NCBI GenBank assembly: GCA_020632035.1
Contig: JACKGG010000004.1
Location: 3,575 to 67,574 of the forward strand
Direction: 5' to 3'
Origin: Candidatus Nomurabacteria bacterium
GTDB lineage: Bacteria; Patescibacteriota; Minisyncoccia; Phycocordibacterales; UBA918
DNA length: 64,000 nt
Below, piece by piece: positions 36,201-42,421 of the stretch (within the stretch, counting starts at the first letter, position 1; each line of letters opens with the position of its first letter). Under the pieces are notes generated by a model, which did not search any database, was not told the origin of the DNA, and saw only the letters and a program-made list of their open reading frames with translations. Position numbers and translations under genes: made by a program.

Positions 36201-36494
36201 GTAGTTAATAACTCGATTCTGCTGATAGATATGATGAACCAAATGCGAAAAAATAATCCTGCAAAAGATATACGAGAAGTTGTTTTAGACGCTGCTTCAA
36301 ATCGTTTGCGTCCAATTCTTCTAACTACCATCACTACTGTGATCGGTATGATCCCGCTGACTTACGCTGGAGACCTTTGGTCACCACTGGCTTACGCCGT
36401 GATGTTTGGCCTAGTATTCTCAGTGGTAATTACTCTAGTGTTGATACCAATTACCTACAGTAGAAACCCAGGCGATTTACCAAACGGTAAATAA
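33222..36494 (+). CDS. RND-superfamily efflux transporter permease (AcrB/HAE-type, 12 TM helices with two large periplasmic loops)
   Basis: 1090 aa. Two repeats each have a TM1 then large loop then TM2-6 topology. Conserved TM4-like charged residues. Co-transcribed with the adaptor. No outer-membrane factor gene lies adjacent. Confidence 0.85.
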   Translation: MWEFFIKNSKFAYLFLIALICTGTYSLVSIPKESAPEVVIPVGVVSVALPGAPAADVESLITNEIERGLASLENVKQITSTSRESFSSIVIEFDANADLNESILDLKDQVDKIKPNLPDDAEDPVVSEVNFVDQPIMTIAMSGDLPDFTLTELSSDVEKKIESVTGVSRVEISGVRDREVTIILDQQSLQRFQISINEVTNAIRNANLTFPIGQIVNDGVAYNVAFEGDITDSSQIRNIAVVSRGGQPVYIGDIATIEDGLAPASSLSRLSVGGEPSLNSVSFNVYKQSGGDITTITAAVNSLMEELKKPDQILSGITTVTILDAGADIKRDLIRLSSSGLQTVVLVVVLLIFSIGWREALLAGTAIPLSFLFGFIGLYLSGNTINFLSLFSLILGIGILVDSAIVMIEGINRKMKDNPEINKRDAAIFTIREFSTPLISGTLTTVAMFVGLFIVSGVTGQFIASIPFTLIFLLFASLFVSLAILPLIASTFLHRKNATQFEARQIAYAHKLESLYRNKLENYVGNKEKENKFLSLIFSLLVFSIFLPVNVYAGIIASPLTYFVSLKSYSIQSKRGWSDLKRKLAWLPMTIATIVISVVLAGAILPSLSLVKVIFFDQSDIDYIIVEVEKPEGTVKNVTDIAVRRVEEVLYGELDIDSFSTTVGSGNQFGSGGTGEKLANIFVNLDKKRDRTSTEIVDDLRKKMDQLNDLKITVNQPSDGPPTGAAIIVKFLGEDLTEITNLANESAQIFKSLPNTVNVETSTNNNSTEFVMELDRDKTAALGLSPFAVSQVARTALYGTKATSLTTLDQDIDVVVKLNLDSREGATSATTNITTINALSEILIPTVSGNIPLSSLVTISLRESSSMISHEDGKRVVSVTADIGEGGNAREIQAEGISRIEAELDIPDGVIISTGGGETDDSNKAFMEMFLALIVGIGLMVAILTLQFNSYLHMRYVLSILPYSLIGIMFGLAITQNTLSFPSMMGFIALSGIVVNNSILLIDMMNQMRKNNPAKDIREVVLDAASNRLRPILLTTITTVIGMIPLTYAGDLWSPLAYAVMFGLVFSVVITLVLIPITYSRNPGDLPNGK

Positions 36495-36527
36495 CAAAAA
36501 AGCACCTCAATGAGGTGCTTTTTTTGA
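36495..36527. terminator. bidirectional intrinsic terminator (A-run, AGCACCTCA-A-TGAGGTGCT, T-run) between the convergent RND permease and the 36528..37040 gene
   Basis: acaaaaaagcacctcaatgaggtgctttttttg lies directly after the permease stop. Confidence 0.6.
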
Positions 36528-37040
36528 CTAGACTTTTTTCTTTGGTTTAAGTGAGGCCATAATACCGTTAACAATCCCTACTGCCAGTATTAGCCATGTT
36601 ATGTAGCTCATTAGAAATTCCCCAAAAGTGAAACCAGTTTGGCCCAGAATTTCAATGCCCGCTAAAGTACCAAGAGCATACCAACTTCCTGCTTGCAAAG
36701 CTGGTCCAAAAGTGCTCGGCATCAAGTGAGCAGTCATTAGCATAGAGTTAATAAATAATATAAGGATTACGAATAGCTCACTCCAAGTAAAGCCCGAGAG
36801 ATGTTCCAACCCTGAAACGCTTCCTTCTAAAGCAGTCAATACTACAGTGGTAACCAGAATTAACACCATTGCTACTCTTAGTACCTTATACACGACACCC
36901 ATCATTCGCCTCTCTGTTTCATCTATCTTGCCGTCGGCTATGGCAACAAAGAAGTTCACAATGGCTAAGGTAGAAGAACCAACCCCAAGTGAAACACTAA
37001 TAGTTTGTAAAATTGTCACTACTGTAATTAATATTGTCAT
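36528..37040 (-). CDS. polytopic membrane protein, hypothetical
   Basis: 170 aa with about five hydrophobic helices. Confidence 0.45.
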   Translation of the reverse strand: MTILITVVTILQTISVSLGVGSSTLAIVNFFVAIADGKIDETERRMMGVVYKVLRVAMVLILVTTVVLTALEGSVSGLEHLSGFTWSELFVILILFINSMLMTAHLMPSTFGPALQAGSWYALGTLAGIEILGQTGFTFGEFLMSYITWLILAVGIVNGIMASLKPKKKV

Positions 37041-37125
37041 ATAGTAAATAATAGCAAATAAAACGAAGAAGATAAGAAGAGTTGTGAATTTACATATAAC
37101 AACATACAGTTTATGCTGTTAGGCA

Positions 37126-37824
37126 ATGAAAAAATACAAACACTTATTTTTTGATATGGATCAAACAGTTGCTCCAGCAAGACAGCCTATTTTGTCTGAA
37201 ATGTACGAACTGCTTGATTCACTTCCACACGATATCATTATTGTTTCTGGACAAGAGGTAGACAAAATACTGTGGCAAAGCAATAACCTGCCTGCCTACA
37301 CATTAGGTCAAAACGGAAATCACGCTAAAGATTTACAACGTGAAGAAATCTGGAATATTCCACTAGATGAAGCTCACCGTCAAGAAATACTTGCACACAT
37401 AGAAGCTATAACAAAAATTCTCGACCACGAATTAAATCATGATTGGAATCCAATAGAAGACAGGGGTGCGCAGATTACTTTTAGCCCTATCGGAAACACA
37501 GCCCCAGTTGAACACAAAAAATCATACGACCCCGACAGAAAAAAGCGCGAATTTCTAATGCAACAAGTTCCGTTCGAATCAAAGGAACTAGTGGTTAAAA
37601 TTGGTGGCTCTACCAGCCTAGACTATATTCATAAAGACAGACATAAAGGAACAAATGTACAAAAACTTATAGACCATATGGGATGGAACAAAGAAGAATG
37701 TATTTACTTTGGCGATGGACTTTACCCGGGAGGTAATGACGAAGCTGTAATCGGTGTTATCGAAACAGTACCGGTTGACGACCATAACGATACATACAAG
37801 AAGCTTCAAGAAATGCTTGGATAA
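37126..37824 (+). CDS. HAD-superfamily hydrolase, subfamily IIB-like (phosphomannomutase/sugar-phosphatase-like)
   Basis: Motif I FFDMDQTV (DxDxT). Motif III/IV KIGGSTSLD...YFGDGLYPGGNDEAV. 232 aa. Confidence 0.65.
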   Translation: MKKYKHLFFDMDQTVAPARQPILSEMYELLDSLPHDIIIVSGQEVDKILWQSNNLPAYTLGQNGNHAKDLQREEIWNIPLDEAHRQEILAHIEAITKILDHELNHDWNPIEDRGAQITFSPIGNTAPVEHKKSYDPDRKKREFLMQQVPFESKELVVKIGGSTSLDYIHKDRHKGTNVQKLIDHMGWNKEECIYFGDGLYPGGNDEAVIGVIETVPVDDHNDTYKKLQEMLG

Positions 37825-37839
37825 ATTAATCATCCAAAA

Positions 37840-37870
37840 CAAAAACAGCACTTAGTGCTGTTTTGTTTTA
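37840..37870. terminator. bidirectional intrinsic terminator (CAGCAC-TTAG-GTGCTG flanked by an A-run and TTTTGTTTT)
   Basis: Lies downstream of the HAD gene on the plus strand and downstream of tRNA-Ala(GGC) on the minus strand. Confidence 0.55.
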
Positions 37871-37873
37871 TAG

Positions 37874-37946
37874 TGGACTCTAGCGGACTTGAACCGCTCG
37901 CCTCTTCCATGCCATGGAAGCGCTCTACCGGATGAGCTAAGAGCCC
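37874..37946 (-). tRNA. tRNA-Ala (anticodon GGC), 73 nt, CCA not encoded
   Basis: The reverse complement folds into a cloverleaf. Acceptor stem GGGCTCT/AGAGTCC includes the G3:U70 AlaRS identity pair. D stem GCTC/GAGC. Anticodon stem CTTCC/GGAAG with loop ATGGCAT. T stem AGCGG/CCGCT with loop TTCAAGT. Discriminator A. Confidence 0.75.
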
Positions 37947-37967
37947 GGTGATCGAGATTTTAGCATA

Positions 37968-37998
37968 AAGAAAAACAGCGCGCATGTGCTGTTTTTCT
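37968..37998. terminator. A-run/hairpin/T-run element (CAGCGC-GCAT-GTGCTG) with the same flanks (aaaaac...ttttcttaatgtgg) as the terminator inside each 201-bp unit
   Basis: agaaaaacagcgcgcatgtgctgtttttcttaatgtgg immediately precedes (in plus coordinates) the first tRNA 3'-end copy. Confidence 0.45.
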
Positions 37999-38006
37999 TA
38001 ATGTGG

Positions 38007-38408
38007 TGGACTCGACAGGACTTGGTCACCTTCGTTAAGTACTTTATTCGCTAACGCTCAAAAGATACTAAACTACGCGACCCCGCCGTTCACATCGTCC
38101 TCACTTCGTTCCGGGCGATATGTTCACTCTTTTCAAGTCCTGACGAAAGCTAACGCTTTCTTCTCGTCCACACATAACAAAAACCGCTCACGCGGTTTTC
38201 TTATGTGTGGACTCGACAGGACTTGGTCACCTTCGTTAAGTACTTTATTCGCTAACGCTCAAAAGATACTAAACTACGCGACCCCGCCGTTCACATCGTC
38301 CTCACTTCGTTCCGGGCGATATGTTCACTCTTTTCAAGTCCTGACGAAAGCTAACGCTTTCTTCTCGTCCACACATAACAAAAACCGCTCACGCGGTTTT
38401 CTTATGTG
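38007..38408. repeat. two perfectly identical 201-bp tandem units, each carrying a copy of the tRNA-Ala(UGC) T-loop/3' end and an A-run/hairpin/T-run terminator (ACCGC-TCAC-GCGGT); followed by a degenerate third copy at 38409..38477
   Basis: Positions 38007-38207 and 38208-38408 read identically by eye. In minus-strand orientation each unit ends ...CAAGT-CCTGT-CGAGTCC-A followed by CCA (unit 1, 38004-38006) or CAC (unit 2). This is the exact complement of the 5' acceptor strand GGGCTCG of the truncated tRNA at 38478..38537. The third copy ends CCTGTCCA (a 7-nt deletion removes the acceptor strand). Confidence 0.85.
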
Positions 38409-38477
38409 GACAGGATTCACCTTCGTCAGTACCTTCGTTAAAGATACTTTTCAACTACGCGATCGCTAACGCCTTCA

Positions 38478-38537
38478 ACTTGAACCCGCTACCTCCTCAG
38501 TGCAAATGAGGCGCTCTACCAGATGAGCTACGAGCCC
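38478..38537 (-). tRNA. tRNA-Ala (anticodon UGC), nucleotides 1-60 only (5' acceptor strand through T-loop); the matching 3' segment is displaced into the tandem repeats, so this is a probable disrupted gene
   Basis: Reverse complement: GGGCTCG-TA-GCTC-ATCTGGTA-GAGC-G-CCTCA-TTTGCAC-TGAGG-AGGTA-GCGGG-TTCAAGT. After that the sequence diverges (TGAAGGCG...) instead of giving the 3' T-stem strand. Valid 3' partners (CCTGT-CGAGTCC-A, with two G:U pairs in the T stem and G3:U70) occur at 38008..38024 and 38209..38225. Confidence 0.55.
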
Positions 38538-38569
38538 AGAATAAATTCTTGTGGGCAATTTTAAACTTT

Positions 38570-38648
38570 CCACTTCTCATTTGTCATGTGCAAATGGTTC
38601 AATTGTCTCCGAGACAATCTTACCCCTATCAGATGAGCCACGAGCTAA
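38570..38648 (-). pseudogene. decayed tRNA-Ala-like remnant
   Basis: The reverse complement contains TAGCTCGTGGCTCATCTGATAGGGG (compare GGGCTCGTAGCTCATCTGGTAGAGC of the neighbouring tRNA) and CATTTGCAC (anticodon-loop sequence with TGC). These are interrupted by a perfect 8-bp hairpin ATTGTCTC-GGA-GACAAT, and there is no T arm. Confidence 0.3.
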
Positions 38649-38792
38649 ACCAGGAAAATTAAAATTTATTTTTATTTACTCCGAGTGTAGGGCTAGAAAG
38701 CTTTGCTTACGAGCCCTTTGTTTTTGACTTCTATTATGAAGTGCGGACATAATAATAGCCAAAGGCTTTAAAGTCAAGGTAATTTATAAGTT

Positions 38793-39755
38793 TTATACTG
38801 TTGCTGTTTCAACTAAGTGGCTAATCAAATCTGAGAAATTGATACCAACTGATGACGCTGCTTTAGGAAAGTTTGAATGTGGTGTAAGACCTGGTAAAGT
38901 ATTGATTTCAAGGAAATATACATCTCCATCTTTGACAATAAAATCACTTCTTGAGTACTGATCACAGCCTATTTCCTTGTGGACAGTCGCCGCCGCTTCT
39001 GACAGTAGGGCTTTTTCGTGATAAGAAAACCGGCCAGGGCATAGAAGCTTTGTTGTTCCGTTGTACTTATTTTCGTTTGAATAAAAGGTATCAGACCTAG
39101 GAGGGACGATTTCAATCACAGGTAGAGGGTACATTTCCATATTGCGGAAGTTATTTAAGATTCCTACAGTTGCTTCTTTTCCTCTTATGTACTCCTCAAC
39201 CATTACATGTTCATACATTTCTAGTAGCTCTGTTAAAGCAGTTTTTAAAGTTTCTTCAGTTGGTGTGTACCTAGCCCCGATTGATGAACCTCCAAGTATT
39301 GGTTTCACGAACAACTCACTTCCGACTTCAGAAAATATAAGTTTGATCTCTTCATCTAGAGTATCAATTTCTGCTCGACTGACTCTTCTATGTCGAGGCA
39401 TTTTTAAACCAATTGATCGTAAAGTTTGTTTAGTCAGTTCTTTATTAAAAGCGATCGCTGAGGGCATGGCTCGACTACCAGTAAATGGGACGTTTTTGCG
39501 CTGTAGGATACGTTGTACTTGCCCGTCTTCACCGTATGCGCCATGGAGAGCCAAGAAAACAACATCTGTGGTGTCTAATAGTGTTTCTGGATCCTTCACA
39601 AAGCCATCGTGTAGCCACTCTCCTTTACGGCTTACGACAATGTCTTTGGTTATATAATCAAGACCTCTCATGACCTCAAGAACAGCCTGTCCGGTACGCA
39701 TGGAGACATCGTATTCTTGGCTTGGGCCACCTCTAAGTACCGCTACTCTTTTCAT
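38793..39755 (-). CDS. ddl: D-alanine--D-alanine ligase
   Basis: N-terminus MKRVAVLRGGPSQEYDVSMRTGQAVLEV. ATP-grasp fold. 320 aa. Confidence 0.85.
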   Translation of the reverse strand: MKRVAVLRGGPSQEYDVSMRTGQAVLEVMRGLDYITKDIVVSRKGEWLHDGFVKDPETLLDTTDVVFLALHGAYGEDGQVQRILQRKNVPFTGSRAMPSAIAFNKELTKQTLRSIGLKMPRHRRVSRAEIDTLDEEIKLIFSEVGSELFVKPILGGSSIGARYTPTEETLKTALTELLEMYEHVMVEEYIRGKEATVGILNNFRNMEMYPLPVIEIVPPRSDTFYSNENKYNGTTKLLCPGRFSYHEKALLSEAAATVHKEIGCDQYSRSDFIVKDGDVYFLEINTLPGLTPHSNFPKAASSVGINFSDLISHLVETATV

Positions 39756-39770
39756 ATATAATCAAGTATA

Positions 39771-40673
39771 TCATTGTAGGGGTTCCTTTTTGTGGATAAC
39801 ATTTTGTCCATAAACTCCTTCAAGTAAATCTAAGTCTTTCTCGCTCGATATCAGGAGGTGGTTATTATACTCAACCATTTTAGTTAGCATGTCGTAAGCT
39901 TGGTCCTTACCAATTATCTGTGAGTGAAATGAGCGGAGAGCCTCAAAATCTTTTATGAAGCAATGACCACCAGCGCCCCTTTTGACTCCTTCTTTCTCTT
40001 TGGCATGTCCACTGTAGTGCAGCACTTCAGTATGACTTTTGCCTATTCTTTCGTCATTTATCATTGCGTCACGAATCAGTTCCCAGTCCGCTCCAGCAGT
40101 AGTGGCGATATCATGGAAAGCATTCATCATTAAGACTTTTGCATAAAGAAAGCAATTACCAAAATACTTTGTCATTTCAGCTTCTAGAGCTGGAACTATT
40201 ACTTGGTACTTGGCTTTGGGCAATATAGCCATTACTTGCTCTGCTCGAGTGTGATATTCATTTGAGCTTTCTGGAATACCAATTATGTTCCTGTCAGGAA
40301 ATGAAGCATCGTAAGCAGCACTTGCTTCACGCAAAAATTCTGGACTGTGCATTACGTATAACTTAGGAAACTGTTCTTGCAGTTGTTTGGTAACGCCAGG
40401 AAGGATGGTTGACTTAACTATTACAGTGGACCCATCTGCCACATTAGACAGAGCATTTTTAACTGGCTCGTAGCTAAAGCCCTTGGCAGTAGTTGGGGTC
40501 GGTACTGCGACAAAGACGATCTTGCAATCCTTTATCTTGTCTTTATTTTGTACATAGGGTTCTTCTAGTGAGTAACGCACTACTGAATAAGCTCTATTCT
40601 CAAAGTCATCAGCATAATGCTTACCGATCCAACCTTGTCCAATAAATCCAATTTTAATATTTTCTGTAATCAT
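39771..40673 (-). CDS. UDP-glucose/GDP-mannose dehydrogenase-family protein, short (C-terminal UDP-sugar-binding domain largely missing)
   Basis: N-terminal Rossmann motif KIGFIGQGWIGKHYADDF. Catalytic-cysteine block GAGGHCFIKD. Only 300 aa versus about 400-440 for typical family members. Confidence 0.65.
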   Translation of the reverse strand: MITENIKIGFIGQGWIGKHYADDFENRAYSVVRYSLEEPYVQNKDKIKDCKIVFVAVPTPTTAKGFSYEPVKNALSNVADGSTVIVKSTILPGVTKQLQEQFPKLYVMHSPEFLREASAAYDASFPDRNIIGIPESSNEYHTRAEQVMAILPKAKYQVIVPALEAEMTKYFGNCFLYAKVLMMNAFHDIATTAGADWELIRDAMINDERIGKSHTEVLHYSGHAKEKEGVKRGAGGHCFIKDFEALRSFHSQIIGKDQAYDMLTKMVEYNNHLLISSEKDLDLLEGVYGQNVIHKKEPLQ

Positions 40674-40705
40674 ATAGTCCTGTAACCCTTGTAATTGCTT
40701 GTAAG

Positions 40706-42010
40706 TTATGATTTTAACCTGCTGGATCGCTTTTGTCTGTGGTACAAAATTGCAAACCGGTGTGCTTCTGCGTTCGCTAGTAAAATTGAATTTTTATGTT
40801 CCTCAACCATTTTCTTTTGTCCTATAATTCTAATTGGCTTGTGCCTACTATTTTTTACAACACCAACTACCGGGATCACTAGTCCTTTAGATTTAAAAAC
40901 TCGTTCTACTACATTTTTCTGAGCAGTTGACCCGTCTACCGCAGTTAACTGCGGTAGAGGCCAGTCTTTGTGCTCCAATCGTCTAAGAATCACCTCTTTT
41001 AATGCTCCTGTGTCATTAGCTTTAGTTAAGCTGTTAATTTTGAACTTTCGATAATCTGATTTTAACGGCTCGCCACCCTCAACTACCGTCATAACTCCGA
41101 CCATATCGTCGCCCTGCAGGTGTGCAATATCGTAAGCTTCAATACGGATTCTTTTTTCATCACGATAAATTCTAGACTCATCCTTTATTAAGGCAACGTC
41201 CTGAATATGCTTCAAAGCAAATATTCTTTTCTTTAAAGAATTCGCTTCTTCAAATTTTTGATCTTTTGCTGATTTCAGCATCTCACGCTCAAGTTCTTTT
41301 ATAATCTCTTTTTTTCTTCCTTCAAAGAACAACCGTATGTGACGAATCGTTTTAGCGTACTCTTGCTTGGATTGTTTATTTGGGTACAGTCCAATTTGTC
41401 GGTTAAAATCAATCTTACCCTTTGCTAGTTTGCTTCTTTCTTTTCCAAGAACAGTACTTGTATCATAAAACTGAAAAATTCGTCTGACAATTTTGAGTGC
41501 CTCTTTAAATAGCATTCCGTTTGGAAAGGGTCCAAATTCATATTTTATTTCGTCTTTAGTGAATTGTTCAGTAAGATCTTTCCCTCGGACAACCAAAACA
41601 CGAGGAAAGTCTTCATTTGTAATTACAAGATGATTGTAACTTTTATCATCCTTACTGCGTGTATTGTAAAAAGGTTTATGAGTTCGAATAAGATTCGTCT
41701 CTAATATTAGCGCCTCTAGTACGCTGTCTGTCTCTGTAAACTCTACGGACACAGCTTCTTTAACCATTTTCTCTATTAACAATGAGCGCTTATCGACTAA
41801 ATCTTCTGTGAAATAGCTTCTCACCCTGTTTTTTAGTGAGGTCGCTTTGCCAATATAAAGGATTTTTTTTCGTGAACCCAAAAAGAAATACACCCCGGGA
41901 CTATTAGGTAATTTAGTATTTTTGAGGTCTATTTGCTTCATGTATTTAACTTTAATGGCAAATGTGTGGATATGCAACAAAACTAAATTTACAATAAGTG
42001 CTATCATCAA
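40706..42010 (-). CDS. uvrC: excinuclease ABC subunit C, short form (GIY-YIG plus RNase-H-like endonuclease domains; C-terminal (HhH)2 domain absent); likely start at internal MKQIDLKN (about 41941)
   Basis: GIY-YIG block PGVYFFLGSRKKILYIGKATSLKNRVRSYF. The downstream RIEAYDIAHLQGDDMVGVMTVVEGGEPLKSDYRKFKI matches the UvrC 3'-incision domain. 411-434 aa versus about 600. Confidence 0.75.
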   Translation of the reverse strand: MMIALIVNLVLLHIHTFAIKVKYMKQIDLKNTKLPNSPGVYFFLGSRKKILYIGKATSLKNRVRSYFTEDLVDKRSLLIEKMVKEAVSVEFTETDSVLEALILETNLIRTHKPFYNTRSKDDKSYNHLVITNEDFPRVLVVRGKDLTEQFTKDEIKYEFGPFPNGMLFKEALKIVRRIFQFYDTSTVLGKERSKLAKGKIDFNRQIGLYPNKQSKQEYAKTIRHIRLFFEGRKKEIIKELEREMLKSAKDQKFEEANSLKKRIFALKHIQDVALIKDESRIYRDEKRIRIEAYDIAHLQGDDMVGVMTVVEGGEPLKSDYRKFKINSLTKANDTGALKEVILRRLEHKDWPLPQLTAVDGSTAQKNVVERVFKSKGLVIPVVGVVKNSRHKPIRIIGQKKMVEEHKNSILLANAEAHRFAILYHRQKRSSRLKS

Positions 42011-42071
42011 TTTTTAGGAGGTCTAACAATTAGACTACTGTACATTAAAACTTTTTGGGGAGGGCTGTAAA

Positions 42072-42401
42072 TTGAAAGCTAAAAAGAAATCTGTTAAAAG
42101 AGCTGATCCGGAATATCGAGAGTTACAAAGGTATCTCTTAAGACTTTACCGAAAATCACCCGATTTGTACCACGCAAATCAGCAAAATTTCAGTAAGGGC
42201 CCTTGGGGCCATTTGTTTCAAAAGTTTTGCGAGAAAACAGTAAACTCAACGAAATCCGTGGAGTACATTGTTCCGGAGCTGAATAATAAGCAATGGGACG
42301 AACTACTGTTTAAACAAGGAGCTTTTGAAGCAAACAGGCGCGTCTGCAAAATCATAAAACGCTTCCCAAATATTCTTGCCCGTAAGGCGGCGGCTGCGTA
42401 G
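42072..42401 (+). CDS. small basic hypothetical protein
   Basis: 109 aa. Lys/Arg-rich N-terminus. Sits between the convergently oriented uvrC and uvrA genes. Confidence 0.35.
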   Translation: MKAKKKSVKRADPEYRELQRYLLRLYRKSPDLYHANQQNFSKGPWGHLFQKFCEKTVNSTKSVEYIVPELNNKQWDELLFKQGAFEANRRVCKIIKRFPNILARKAAAA

Positions 42402-42421
42402 CAGCCGTTTTACTTTTCGCT

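Noticed and set aside
38007-38408. Possibility that the tandem units are a CRISPR array
   Set aside because: The units are 201 bp and identical over their full length, with no short repeat/unique spacer alternation. No cas genes in the window.
38203-38469. 88-aa plus-strand ORF spanning the tandem repeats
   Set aside because: It lies entirely within the two identical 201-bp units and the degenerate third copy. No RBS, and it reads through the terminator hairpins. It is an artefact of the repeated sequence.
38025-38477. Functional cis-spliced T-loop intron in tRNA-Ala(UGC)
   Set aside because: The intervening sequence contains two or three complete intrinsic terminators in the transcribed orientation. 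The 3' segment closest to the 5' half has lost the acceptor strand (CCTGTCCA). A contiguous precursor is therefore unlikely. Kept only as an alternative to be tested by RNA-seq.
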